Source: Macrostomum lignano (lineage: Eukaryota). From it: a stretch of 64,000 nucleotides of DNA. Both the position numbers and the translations under genes were made by a program. The notes under the pieces are model-generated. The model saw nothing but the letters and a program-made list of their open reading frames with translations. It had not been told where the DNA came from and made no database searches. This document shows positions 1 to 11,908 of this stretch, in pieces. The stretch is from assembly GCA_002269645.1 (NCBI GenBank), contig NIVC01000706.1:61411-125410 (forward strand). The letters are read 5' to 3'. Positions within the stretch are counted from its first letter, which is position 1. Each line of letters begins with the position of its first letter.

Positions 1-297
1 AAACGTCGGCTGGCAAACGTCGGCTGGCAAACGTCGGCTGGCAAACGTCCGGCAGGCAAACGTCCGGCAGACAAACTTCGGCTGGCAAACGTCCCGCTGG
101 CAAACGTCGGCTGGCAAACGTCGGCTGGCAAATGTCGGCTGGCAAACGTCCCGCAGGCAAACGTCGGCTGGCAAACGTCCGGCAGGCAAACTTCGGCTGG
201 CAAACGTCCCACTGGCAAACGTCGGCTGGCAAATGTCGGCTGGCAAACGTCCCGCAGGCAAACGTCGGCTGGCAAACGTCCCGCAAGCAAACGTCGC
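1..297. repeat. 14/15-bp minisatellite (AAACGTCGGCTGGC / AAACGTCCCGCAGGC)
   Basis: About 20 imperfect tandem units running off the window start. The unit has no stop codons, which explains the repetitive N-termini of ORFs 132 and 233. Confidence 0.95.
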
Positions 298-340
298 TAT
301 CCCGACAGACCCGCAACCCCGTCCACTCCGTCATCTCCAG

Positions 341-1507
341 GGCTTTCTCCGCTTCGCCGCTCACTGTCGCGAGGCCATTGACGCAGCCGCCGCTGGCTCC
401 GCCTCTACTGACGCAGCGGCCGAGGCTGCCGAACCTGCCGACCTCGCCGAATCCGGCGCCCAGCATGAGCGCCGATTCAACGATGTTGTCACCTTTGTGT
501 GCAACTTCACGGACGCTTCGGTCACGGAGGAAGACCAGAAAAGCCTGGCCTCCAGTTTCCTGTGCCCAGCCGGCAAGCCCAACTACGACATGTTCCAGCT
601 GAAAGACGACTTCGTGTTCACCAACAAGGAGGCCGGAGCAGGCGGAACCAATGTTGAAGTTGAACCGCCGGGCCACCCGCTGTTTGCCTGTTTAGTCTGT
701 CAGCAGCCGTTCCGCAGTCTGCGCCGTCATTTGGACGACGCTCTCTGGGGCTGCAGCACGCCGATATTCCGCGGCCGGCACAATCAGATTGCGGAGTCCC
801 GCAGCGCCCATCTGCACGCCTGGCTCGGTCCCGAAGCTGCACAACGCTTGCTGAGCGTCTTCGGCAATAGCTATGGCGGCGGCGGAGGCGGCAGCGGTGC
901 CGGCTACGGAGATGAGTCCAACGATGGAGCCGCCGTCGCTGCCGACTCGGCCGCGGCAATTCCCGACAGTGTGAAAACGCCGCATTGTCCCGTCTGCGGC
1001 TGTCATTTCTCCCAGCCCGTGTCTGGCGCGGCAGGCGGAGGCGGCGGCGGCTGCAGTCGGCTGCTGCTGCACCTGCAGCACGACATCGACACGCCCGGCC
1101 ACCGGGAACTGGCCGACCAGTTGCGCGACCATCTGCTCTCGCCGAACGGACCGCTGCTGTTGCCCTACGATGAATCTTCGGACGATGTGGCCGGCCCGCT
1201 GATTGACTGGATTGCCGAGCGATTCGCCTGTCCGCACGGTGGCTACGACTCTAATAATGGCATTGTTGAACAGCTGCGCGCTTCGCTAGATCGTCGACGC
1301 GTTGAAGTCGCCGCTGCGTCCGCCGATGGCGATGCCGGCGCCGGAGTTGCCGCTGCCGCTTCTATGGGCGGCGGCAAGCGTCCATATCCCGGCGTTGGTG
1401 GCGGCCCGGGCGTCGGCCGGAAGGTCGCTCGGATGCGCGGCGGAGGCGGCGGCGGCTATCCCTATCACCAGCATGGCGGCGGCCGCGGCGGCTGGCGGCG
1501 TTATTAA
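341..1507 (+). CDS. Probable terminal exon of an uncharacterised protein with two zinc-finger-like motifs and a Gly/RGG-rich tail
   Basis: Pyrimidine-rich acceptor ...CCACTCCGTCATCTCCAG| at 340, in frame with ORF 233..1507. GC-rich codons; CLVC...H and CPVC...LHL...H motifs; C-terminal RGG; TAA at 1505-1507; AATAAA at 1534. Confidence 0.65.
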   Translation, partial: GFLRFAAHCREAIDAAAAGSASTDAAAEAAEPADLAESGAQHERRFNDVVTFVCNFTDASVTEEDQKSLASSFLCPAGKPNYDMFQLKDDFVFTNKEAGAGGTNVEVEPPGHPLFACLVCQQPFRSLRRHLDDALWGCSTPIFRGRHNQIAESRSAHLHAWLGPEAAQRLLSVFGNSYGGGGGGSGAGYGDESNDGAAVAADSAAAIPDSVKTPHCPVCGCHFSQPVSGAAGGGGGGCSRLLLHLQHDIDTPGHRELADQLRDHLLSPNGPLLLPYDESSDDVAGPLIDWIAERFACPHGGYDSNNGIVEQLRASLDRRRVEVAAASADGDAGAGVAAAASMGGGKRPYPGVGGGPGVGRKVARMRGGGGGGYPYHQHGGGRGGWRRY

Positions 1508-1533
1508 ATTATTAGTAACTTATTTATTTTTAT

Positions 1534-1539
1534 AATAAA
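1534..1539 (+). promoter_or_regulatory. Candidate polyadenylation signal
   Basis: AATAAA 27 nt after the stop of the 341-1507 exon, in an AT-rich 3' region. Confidence 0.4.
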
Positions 1540-1788
1540 TTAGACTAGGAGTGGAACTACTGGACGATAAAGTGGGACTTACAAATCTGCGCTTGCAAGA
1601 GAAAATTTGTTTCGTTTACAACCAAAAGCAAGAATCTTTTAATAGCTATAATTCTATACAGACTTAGTGCTTAGTGTTCTGATACACTTTGAAAATTCCT
1701 ATAGTTTTTTGCTTGAATAATTGGCTGAATATGTTAAATATCTGGCCCTTTCCAGTGTAAATGAAAGCTTTGATGGTTTTTGGTCTTT

Positions 1789-2506
1789 ATCCAGGACGTG
1801 AAGCCTCGGAGTCTTATTCCAGAATGTGAAGCCTTGAAGTCTATCCAGGATGTGAAGCCTTGAAGTCTATCCAGGATGTGAAGACTCGGAGCCTTATTCC
1901 AGGATGTGAAGATTCGAAGTCTTTATCCAGGATGTGAAGACTCGGAGTCTTTATCCAGGATGCGAAACCTTTAAGTCTTTATCTAGGTTGTAAAGACTCG
2001 GAGTCTTTATCCAGGATGTGAAGACTCTGGAGTCTTTATCCAGGATGCGAAGCCTTGAAGTCTTTATCTAGGATGTAAAGACTCGGAGTCTTTATCCAGG
2101 ATGTGAAGCCTTGAAGTCTTTATCCAGGATATAAAGATTCGGAGTCTTATTCCAGGATGCGAAGCCTTGAAGTCTTTATCCAGGATATAAAGATTCGGAG
2201 TCTTATTCCAGGATGCGAAGCCTTGAAGTCTTTATCCAGGATGTGAAGACTCGGAGTCTTATTCCAGGATGTGAAGATTGGAAGTCTTTATCCAGGATGT
2301 GAAGACTCGGAGTCTTATTCCAGGATGTGAAGATTGGAAGTCTTTATCTAGGATGTAAAGACTCGGAGTCTTTATCCAGGATGTGAAGACTCGGAGTCTT
2401 TATCCAGGATGTGAAGACTCGGAGTCTTTATCCAGGATGCGAAGCCTCGAAGTCTTTATCCAGGATGCGAAGCCTCGAAGTCTTTATTCAGGATATAAAA
2501 ATTCGG
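1789..2506. repeat. ~29-30-bp minisatellite (CCAGGATGTGAAGACTCGGAGTCTTTAT)
   Basis: About 24 tandem imperfect units; many contain the hairpin AAGACTC-G-GAGTCTT. Confidence 0.95.
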
Positions 2507-3036
2507 ATTTTTTAAACTGTCCAACTTATAGATTTTCTTGAACCCTTGTGTGACTTTAGTGACCTTAAACCTAATAAAAATTAAATGTGTAAAAAACATT
2601 TTGGACAGCAAAATTAGGTTTGCGCATTGCTACGTTGGGGTTTATAAATACCGCTTGTCACAGATGTATCCAATAAACCAATAAAATTGATAGTATGGCT
2701 TCATAATAAAGCATTTGTTTTCAAAGTTCTCAAAAAGCAAATTTAGGCCTGGGTTTCTTAATAATCTAATTTCAACGTCGTTTCTGTTTGATTAGCTATT
2801 TTCTTGTTTTGTAATATATTGAACAAGTATGCCAGCTAACGTGTATTTTTCATTCTTTGGCGTTGTGTTCGTGTTTATGTCACTATTTTTAGCGCGAAAT
2901 TGCTGTCGCTTTCTTCGTTTCCATTTCATTTTTTTTAATCGGCCGGTAAATGTTTGTCACGAGTCTAAGTCTTTGCTAGTTATTGAAATATAGAAACTTG
3001 AAACTCTTTATCTGTATAAGAATCTGGTTCTTCATC

Positions 3037-3420
3037 TAGGTGTGACGATTCGGAATCTTTGTCCAAGTGTGAAGATTCGCAGTCTTAATCCAGGATGTGA
3101 AAATTCGAAGTCTTTATCTAGGACCAGGATGTGAAGATTCGGAGTTTTAATCCAGGATTTAAAGATTCGGAGTCTTTATCCGGGATGTGAAGATTCGGAG
3201 TCTTTATTCAGGATGTGAAGATTCGGAGTCTTTATTCAGGACCAGGATGTAAAGATTCGTAGTCTTTATTCAGGGTGTGAAGATTCGGAGTCTTTATTCA
3301 GGACCAGGATGTAAAGATTCGTAGTCTTTATTCAGGGTGTGAAGATTCGGAGTCTTTATTCAGGACCAGGATGTAAAGATTCGTAGTCTTTATTCAGGGT
3401 GTGAAGATTCGGGAGTCTTA
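3037..3420. repeat. Second array of the same 29-30-bp minisatellite
   Basis: CAGGATGTGAAGATTCGGAGTCTTTATT units in the same orientation as 1789-2506. Confidence 0.9.
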
Positions 3421-4747
3421 TAGCTATCTATGAGGATTTTCCTTCAGATATCGGTAATGTATAAAACAATATACCTTAGGGGTTTCTGGGTGATTGTCTA
3501 GGCTTATTTTCCCCATTGTTCCCAATAACCTCTTCATCTCAAATGCTTTTTCTTCTATAGCTAGCACAATTGTTAAATTGGTCAGTCGCTTGAAAAGCTT
3601 GAAGTCTATGCGAATGCATCTTTACTTTGCAGCTCTACTTGCTCTGTATCGCCATTTAGTACTTAATCACATACCGTATTTTTCCGGAGGTTAAAAGTAA
3701 ATGTTACTCGTAATCCAACCATTTTCAATGGTTACTAGACTGTTAAGTTAAAGTTTTCAAAATAATGCACATTGATCTTTTTGTTATCCTAGAATAATAC
3801 GCTCGTAACTACTTAGTAAGAGACTATGAAATAAATTAAACAAATTGTTTGGCGTCATGTCTCTGTCAAGTCATCCAACTGGTTCATTTCAGTTGACAAA
3901 ACAGCAAAATATTTGTGTAAAAATCAATTTTGAATTTGATAAGATTTTGTTTATTTTTGCGCAATTGTTGACCAAAAAACGTCTTTACAAGCGTGCCCTT
4001 CAATTCACAATTTGCTATACGGATAGTGTGGCCAGCTATAAAATTAGCATTGTTAAATTGTTCGGTTGTGCTATAAAGATACAGCGGGTATATTATATCT
4101 GCGTGGACAAAGTTTGTGGCACAAAAGTTTGTTTGTGTCAAGCCAGCAACAACAAATATCGGTTAGTTACAATACAGACATGAATTTGCCTTACATAATA
4201 TCGAGTGGTGTAAGAATACTCTTGACTAAATTAAGCCGTGAATGTGAGCAAGCATGTTGTGTAATTGTGTTCATACTTTAGTTATGACATTTATGACTGC
4301 ACATGAATAACTGAAGGTCAGTAAGGGACTCATTAATCTCCAATTCAGAGTTTAGCATCCTTACTACTTCAGCTGTCCATGTGTGTGCAGCATGCGTGCG
4401 ACGCTTATTAAATAATAACAATAATGCAAGAAAGCTTTACAAAAGCTGGTAATGATTCATTCCATGCCGAATTAAGTAATATATTATTATTTTTATGTTT
4501 AAACTGCTGAGCGAATTAACTGGTAGAATTGCTGTTGTGCAGTAGGCCATCTATAGTGGAACCAGTTGTTGCCGTTAGCAATGATTGTTGCGATTTTTGA
4601 CGGCGTTCCATTTCTGAAATAGTACGGGAATAGACTACATTTATTGACAGTTATTCGATTGTATTTTGAGCAGTGTATCAGTGTAAGGTTCCTTCCATTT
4701 AGTCCACGTGGATATAAACAATCAGGAACGTCATGGATTAACTGAGG
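3420..4747 (-). pseudogene. Possible decayed AT-rich coding sequence
   Basis: Consecutive protein-like fragments (PQLIHDVPDCLYPRGLNGRNLTLIHC; IFVVAGLTQTNFCATNF...; IDFKLFKRLTNLTIVLAIEEKAF) broken by stops and frameshifts. No family recognised. Confidence 0.25.
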
Positions 4748-5221
4748 CTGGTAATTAATAAGCATTAAGCATTAAGTCTTGATTAGGATCAGACAATATG
4801 AACTTTGGTTCAGACTAGATACGAGTATAAATACGCTCGTATACGCAATAAAATTAATGTAAACCGCAGTTTAATAGAATGTCTAGGTATGTCGCTCACA
4901 AAAATGCGCTGGTCTACTCTTCAGATAGCATACTCGTAATTAGCGTTTTTGCCTTAAATATAAATAAATACAAATATTAAATTTTACAAGATTTTTAAAG
5001 ACTTAAAGGCCAAAGACAATCGCCTCTGCATGGGGTTCTACAAGCAGACCCATAAATTAGCGTCTTCATCATGTTTACTGAGTTAAAATGAAAAAGAAAC
5101 TAATTCATGACTGAAGTTTGTAGGAAAACATTAAAAAAGCCAAATCCAATGCGTGTGCAATGTGCATGTGGGAGCAAGAAATCGATAAAAGGCCATGCAG
5201 GCTGACCTCTTGCCCGATTGT

Positions 5222-5425
5222 GTCTGACTCTGACCTCTCTCCTTACTGCTCTCTCATTGGCTGAGCTAGATTGGGCCTGCCCCCTTAGGCTGAGTTTCGT
5301 CCGTCTGACTCTGACCTCTCTCCTTGCTGCTCTCTCATTGGCTGAGCTAGATTGGGCCTGCCCCCTTAGGCTGAGTTTCGTCCGTCTGACTCTGACCTCT
5401 CTCCTAACTGCTCTCTCATTGGCTG
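5222..5425. repeat. 81-bp tandem repeat, 2.5 copies
   Basis: GTCTGACTCTGACC units start at 5222, 5303 and 5384. Confidence 0.95.
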
Positions 5426-6410
5426 TTTATTCTTAGCCTTACATGTATATATTTCTGAGGTCAAAAATTCCGACCGAGGTAGAAAAGGAACTTTAAGCTG
5501 CCACTTTAAATTTAAGTGATACTGCGCAGGTGAACTACTGAAAGAGTAGACTTTTCTCAACTTTAATTGCGAAGCGACATATTTAGTTATTTTAGTATCT
5601 GTGATGTACACTAAGGGAAGATCAATTAAGACCGTTGCTTCCCTCCCTTTTGTATGCACGATCAAGCAATGAGTCTTAATTAATTCAGACTAGGATGGTA
5701 ATTGATTGATTCAGTCTGTGTTCTTTGGAATAGCTGTTAATCTCAATATAGTTTAAACTTTCTAAGGGCTCTCGCCTATATCAACTCTATAACAGAATCT
5801 GGTGTTGTAAACGACCAGAGTTTAATTACTATACGTTAATGCCTTGCTTTCACATATTGACTTTTAAGTGATTTTTTCGGCTCTCTCGCTAAAATAACTC
5901 TGCAGTCTTTCATTCAATTAATCCAGGCAGAAACTCTCAAGGAGTCGTACATTGCCTGCTTCATCTACTTATTATTCTGAATATTGACGCTCTGATTTTG
6001 GTGTAATAATGACACTGAAGAGGAAGTTGCTTTATGGGAAGTGGGATAATTGCATCTTCAAGAGGTACGGGACTGCTTGTGAGAGAATAAGAGGGCCATA
6101 AAGTAAGTGTACCTGCCTAAGGGCATGTCAAATAGCTTTTTCCAGAAAGCTATTTTCTTCGAATTAATTTACAAGTTTGTTTAAGTTATTATATTATACA
6201 AGTCTTTGTACATGTATTACATTATATTAATTAATATTTGTTATAATTCTTATAGCTTAGCATTTAAACAACTGTTGCAACTATTTGATTTGTTCCTATT
6301 TTACTTTACCATTTTTTTTAATTGCGGGATGAATTTTGCAACGAGTCGCTTACAATAACGTCTTGTTAATTTTCCCCCAAAGGGCCTGATCGAGGACCTA
6401 GCGCATTGCT

Positions 6411-6660
6411 GCGAGCCAGAGGAGGGGAGAAAAGAGAGAGAATAGAGAAGAAAGAAGAGAGATGAGAGAAAGGAGAGGCGAGGGAGTAAAGAAGTAGAGA
6501 GGAGACGGGAGGATACGAGAAGAGAGATGAAATAGGAGTGAAGAGAGATGAGAGAGGAGAGAAGAGGAGAGAATTCGATGAGAGAAGGGAGAGGATAGGA
6601 TGGAGACAGGAGAAGAAGAGAGGAGAGAAGAAAGAAGATTAGAGAGCGCTAAGAATAGAC
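6411..6660. repeat. GA-rich low-complexity tract
   Basis: Almost pure purine tract (GAGAGAAGAGAG...). Confidence 0.85.
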
Positions 6661-6689
6661 ACAAACCTTGAGCGGGCGCATTGCTATTG

Positions 6690-6772
6690 AGAAGTTTCAA
6701 AGGCCCCGAGGGCCGGATGGAGAGGCTTTTCGGGCCGCATGTGGCCTGTGGGCCGGAGTTGGCCGGCCCCTG
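6690..6772 (-). mobile_element. hAT-like (Charlie-type) transposon terminus, single end
   Basis: Minus strand reads CAGGGGCCGGCCAACTCCGGCCCACAGGCCACATGCGGCCCG, the CAGGGG + GGCCC-repeat pattern of hAT ends. No partner end found. Confidence 0.55.
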
Positions 6773-6816
6773 CTTCAGAGAGTAGTGAGGCTGCAGTGCA
6801 AGATAATCAAACCTAC

Positions 6817-7013
6817 CGGCAAGAAAGATGATGGCTCCCGAGGTGAGCAGAATGAAGCTGGCGAACACAATCCAGGCTAAAAATTTGGTGTGATCGACTT
6901 GAACTTTAACTCTACGCGAGTACAGCACGCCTTCGAAGCGACCGCCCCGGCCGAACGGGTGAAGATCGCGGTCCTCCTGCTCACGGAGCATCTCCATGGC
7001 AACGGCTGAGAAC
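6817..7013 (-). CDS. Exon of orphan gene B encoding a transmembrane segment (KFLAWIVFASFILLTSGAIIFLAG)
   Basis: Acceptor CCTTTCCACTGCAG| at 7014 and donor GCCG|GTAGGT at 6816. Phase 2 matches the 7917-8105 exon (QDR/FSAVAMEML). Confidence 0.65.
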
Positions 7014-7343
7014 CTGCAGTGGAAAGGTCTCAGTGTTTATCGACTTCTTGTTATATACTCGTCTCGTAATTGCACTTTCTGCTTTTAACAGGGTTTTATT
7101 TATGCTACATGCACGGGCTGAATGAGGAACGCGCCTATGCAAGTATCTGGGTCAAGTTTAACCCAGTGTCTGAAAGTAAAACTGCCCGCATCGTTAGTGT
7201 CCTAAGGTTCTGGTCAAAACGCATCTCGTGTCTCAGGGAAAGGTACAGTTCATTCAGTGATCTTAGTCAACTCCCCGTCTCTTGTTAATTGTGTTCTCAA
7301 TATTTTCTGGTAGAATAATATGTAAATATATTTCATCCCAACG

Positions 7344-7468
<125 letters not shown>

Positions 7469-7916
7469 TAGACGAGCGTATCTTGAATCTCGCAGCATTA
7501 AGTTGATTGGCCCATGCTCGTAACTTCGAGGCTCCTGTACGCTCGTACTCTTCGGTTGATATAGCTATTGAAAATGTTTTCAAGAAAAAGTCAATAATAA
7601 ATGTTGGTGTCCGAAAAAACTATCCTTAGTCATCTTACTCGTAAGAAACAAAAAACTGCTTCCCGATGCTAGAATAAAGAAACATGGCTAATCCATTCTC
7701 GAGAAAGCTGCGATTCCAGTTTGGCGAGAGAAATCTCTCATCAAAGGATTTATATTTCCTACGAAGAGGAAAAGTGTAAAAAAAACGTAAAATTGACCAG
7801 CTGCGGATTTTAATTCAACGGGAGAGTTGATAGATTAGCTAAGATCAGCAAAACAGTTATTCAATTTCTCCGTTTGTTTTAATTTACACTTTCTAGGAAA
7901 TATTTTCATTTCAAAC

Positions 7917-8105
7917 CTGTCCTGGATCCTGTGCTGCTGAGGCGATGGAGACGACGCCAACAGAGGCTCGCAGAGCTCATAGTTAGCTGCTGAAGCGGCT
8001 GCAGATGACGGGTAGGACTGTCTATTAGATGACATGTCCAGGACATCGCGGAAGCACCTGCTGTTGCTGTCTCTGCTGCTGTTAGTCATGCCGCTCCGAT
8101 ACAAG
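7917..8105 (-). CDS. Exon of orphan gene B (LYRSGMTNSSRD...HRIQDR)
   Basis: TAG| acceptor at 8106 and donor ACAG|GTTTGA at 7916. 189 nt, phase 2 to phase 2. Confidence 0.6.
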
Positions 8106-8366
8106 CTAGCGCCAGTCAGCTAGTCTAATAAGCTCATGCCGCAACGCCAGATCGTGCGGAGGATTCTTAATCGAAAGTTTGCTCAGAGCCAGAGGCCTTC
8201 TTGTCTTTTTATAACTGCTCTGATTTTTTATTTTTTTATTAATTGGACTTCCCGCAAGGAGAAAAATGAGAGAGGAAAATAGCTGTGTTTGGAAGTTACG
8301 ATAGTATTTAGAGTTCTGGCGGAGCGGGACTGAGCGGAGGGGAGTATAGCTAAAGAAAATAGGGAG

Positions 8367-8399
<33 letters not shown>

Positions 8400-9159
8400 C
8401 CAAGAGGCGAAAAGCTGCAAGGAAAAGTGGGAGAACGTCGCGTCGCGTCAGAGAGAAAACTAAGAGATCCCACTTCCCCCCTCAAGAAAAATGAATTGCG
8501 TTGGACTTGGACGCCTATTGGAAGACGCAAAGAGAGAGAGGAGAGTTCAGGAGCGGGATGAGAGTTGAGAAGAGGGGTCGTGTGTGCATGCACGTCGTTC
8601 GCCCCCTTCACAGCCCCCCAGCTCACAGCAAGCCGTATACGTATTCAAAAGCATGCTTACAGCAGAAAAATCCCCCATTTCAGCTGACTGTAAGAGTTGG
8701 CTGCCCCAAAAATCTACAAGATTGGCTGTTGGCTGCAGCTGAATGGCACTTTTTCCGATCTTTTCAGAGGAAAACATTCGAACCTCTATACTGCACCGGC
8801 TGAGTGAGAGAGAGAGAACGATCAGGCAAATCCCTTACCATCAAAAGATGAAATTTAACTACCAGCATATGTACACATTCTTCTGCTCGAATTGAAGCAT
8901 TAGCAAATACAGCGTAGACCGCTTAAGAAGTTCTGCATCAACTATCCATACGCTGATGATGGACTTCTGTCCAAAGAATGACAGCGTTTTAGCTATCGCT
9001 ATTACTGCTGAAATTCTATAGCCGTACGCAATCTGCAGTTGAATTCATTGTGCAGTGGCAAAACAAAATAGATCTCAGACTAACAAACAATAAGTGCCCC
9101 CCGATAGGAGGCCAACAAAGAAGGGAATAAAATTTCTTGAATAAACTACATGTACCTCT

Positions 9160-11908
9160 CATATTAGCAATTCCCCTTGTAAGCCTTGACATCTCAGCGA
9201 TTCCCTCTTTAAGCCTTGAAATCTCAGCGATTCCCCTTGTAAGCCTTGACATTTCAGCAATTCCCTTTGTAAGCCTTGACATCTCAGCAATTCCCTTTGT
9301 AAGCCTTGACATCTCAGCGATTCCCTCTTTAAGCCTTGAAATCTCAGCGATTCCCCTTGTAAGCCTTGACATCTCAGCAATTCCCCTTGTAAGCCTTGAC
9401 ATCTCAGCAATTCCCCTTGTAAGCCTTGACATCTCAGCAATTCCCTCTTTAAGCCTTGACATCTCAGCAATTCCCCTTGTAAGCCTTGACATCTCAGCGA
9501 TTCCCTCTTTAAGCCTTGACATCTCAGCGATTCCCCTTGTAAGCCTTGACATCTCAGCGATTCCCTCTTTAAGCCTTGACATCTCAGCAATTCCCCTTGT
9601 AAGCCTTGACATATCAGCAATTCCCCTTGTAAGCCTTGACATCTCAGCAATTCCCTTTGTAAGCCTTGACATCTCAGCGATTCCCCTTGTAAGCCTTGAC
9701 ATCTCAGCGATTCCCTCTTTAAGCCTTGACATCTCAGCAATTCCCCTTGTAAGCCTTGATATATCAGCAATTCCCCTTGTAAGCCTTGACATCTCAGCAA
9801 TTCCCTTTGTAAGCCTTGACATCTCAGCAATTCCCCTTGTAAGCCTTGACATCTCAGCAATTCCCCTTGTAAGCCTTGACATCTCAGCAATTCTCTCAGT
9901 AAGCCTTGACATCTCAGCAATTCCCCTTGTAAACCTTGATATCTCAGCAATTCCCTTTGTAAGCCTTGACATCTCAGGGATTCCCCTTGTAAGCCTTGAC
10001 ATCTCAGCAATTCCCCTTGTAAGCCTTGACATCTCAGCAATTCTCTCAGTAAGCCTTGACATCTCAGCAATTCCCCTTGTAAACCTTGATATCTCAGCAA
10101 TTCCCTTTGTAAGCCTTGACATCTCAGCAATTCCCTCTTTAAGCCTTGACATCTCAGCGATTCCCTCTTTAAGCCTTGACATCTCAGCAATTCCCCTTGT
10201 AAGCCTTGATATATCAGCAATTCCCCTTGTAAGCCTTGACATCTCAGCAATTCCCCTTGTAAGCCTTGACATCTCAGCAATTCTCTCAGTAAGCCTTGAC
10301 ATCTCAGCAATTCCCCTGGTAAACCTTGATATCTCAGCAATTCCCTTTGTAAGCCTTGACATCTCAGCGATTCCCCTTGTAAGCCTTGACATCTCAGCAA
10401 TTCCCCTTGTAAGCCTTGACATCTCAGCAATTCTCTCAGTAAGCCTTGACATCTCAGCAATTCCCCTTGTAAACCTTGATATCTCAGCGATTCCCCTTGT
10501 AAGCCTTGACATCTCAGCGATTCCCTCTTTAAGCCTTGACATCTCAGCGATTCCCCTTGTAAGCCTTGACATCTCAGCGATTCCCTCTTTAAGCCTCGAC
10601 ATCTCAGCAATTCCCCTTGTAAGCCTTGACATATCAGCAATTCCCCTTGTAAGCCTTGACATCTCAGCAATTCCCTTTGTAAGCCTTGACATCTCAGCGA
10701 TTCCCCTTGTAAGCCTTGACATCTCAGCGATTCCCTCTTTAAGCCTTGACATCTCAGCAATTCCCCTTGTAAGCCTTGATATATCAGCAATTCCCCTTGT
10801 AAGCCTTGGCATCTCAGCAATTCCCTTTGTAAGCCTTGACATCTCAGCAATTCCCCTTGTAAGCCTTGACATCTCAGCAATTCCCCTTGTAAGCCTTGAC
10901 ATCTCAGCAATTCTCTCAGTAAGCCTTGACATCTCAGCAATTCCCCTTGTAAACCTTGATATCTCAGCAATTCCCTTTGTAAGCCTTGACATCTCAGCGA
11001 TTCCCCTTGTAAGCCTTGACATCTCAGCAATTCTCTCAGTAAGCCTTGACATCTCAGCAATTCCCCTTGTAAACCTTGATATCTCAGCAATTCCCTTTGT
11101 AAGCCTTGACATCTCAGCGATTCCCTCTTTAAGCCTTGACATCTCAGCAATTCCCTTTGTAAGCCTTGACATCTCAGCAATTCCCCTTGTAAGCCTTGAC
11201 ATCTCAGCAATTCTCTCAGTAAGCCTTGACATCTCAGCAATTCCCCTTTGTAAACCTTGATATCTCAGCAATTCCCTTTGTAAGCCTTGACATCTCAGCG
11301 ATTCCCTCTTTAAGCCTTGACATCTCAGCAATTCCCCTTGTAAACCTTGATATCTCAGCAATTCCCTTTGTAAGCCTTGACATCTCAGCGATTCCCCTTG
11401 TAAGCCTTGACATCTCAGCAATTCTCTCAGTAAGCCTTGACATCTCAGCAATTCCCCTTGTAAACCTTGATATCTCAGCAATTCCCTTTGTAAGCCTTGA
11501 CATCTCAGCGATTCCCTCTTTAAGCCTTGACATCTCAGCAATTCCCTTTGTAAGCCTTGACATCTCAGCAATTCCCCTTGTAAGCCTTGACATCTCAGCA
11601 ATTCCCCCTGTAAGCCTTGACATCTCAGCAATTCTCTCAGTAAGCCTTGACATCTCAGCAATTCCCCTTGTAAACCTTGATATCTCAGCAATTCCCTTTG
11701 TAAGCCTTGACATCTCAGCAATTCCCTCTTTAAGCCTTGACATCTCAGCGATTCCCTCTTTAAGCCTTGACATCTCAGCAATTCCCCTTGTAAGCCTTGA
11801 TATATCAGCAATTCCCCTTGTAAGCCTTGACATCTCAGCAATTCCCCTTGTAAGCCTTGACATCTCAGCAATTCCCTCAGTAAGCCTTGACATCTCAGCG
11901 ATTCCCTT
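9160..11908. repeat. 30-bp minisatellite (GTAAGCCTTGACATCTCAGCAATTCCCCTT), ~92 copies
   Basis: Strict 30-bp periodicity, with one 1-bp insertion near 11234 that switches the repeat ORFs. Confidence 0.98.

Noticed and set aside
1789-2506. CRISPR-like appearance (~29-bp partly palindromic repeats)
   Set aside because: The repeats are contiguous, with no unique spacers and no cas genes, in a eukaryotic context. The same applies to the 23-, 27-, 30- and 31-bp arrays.
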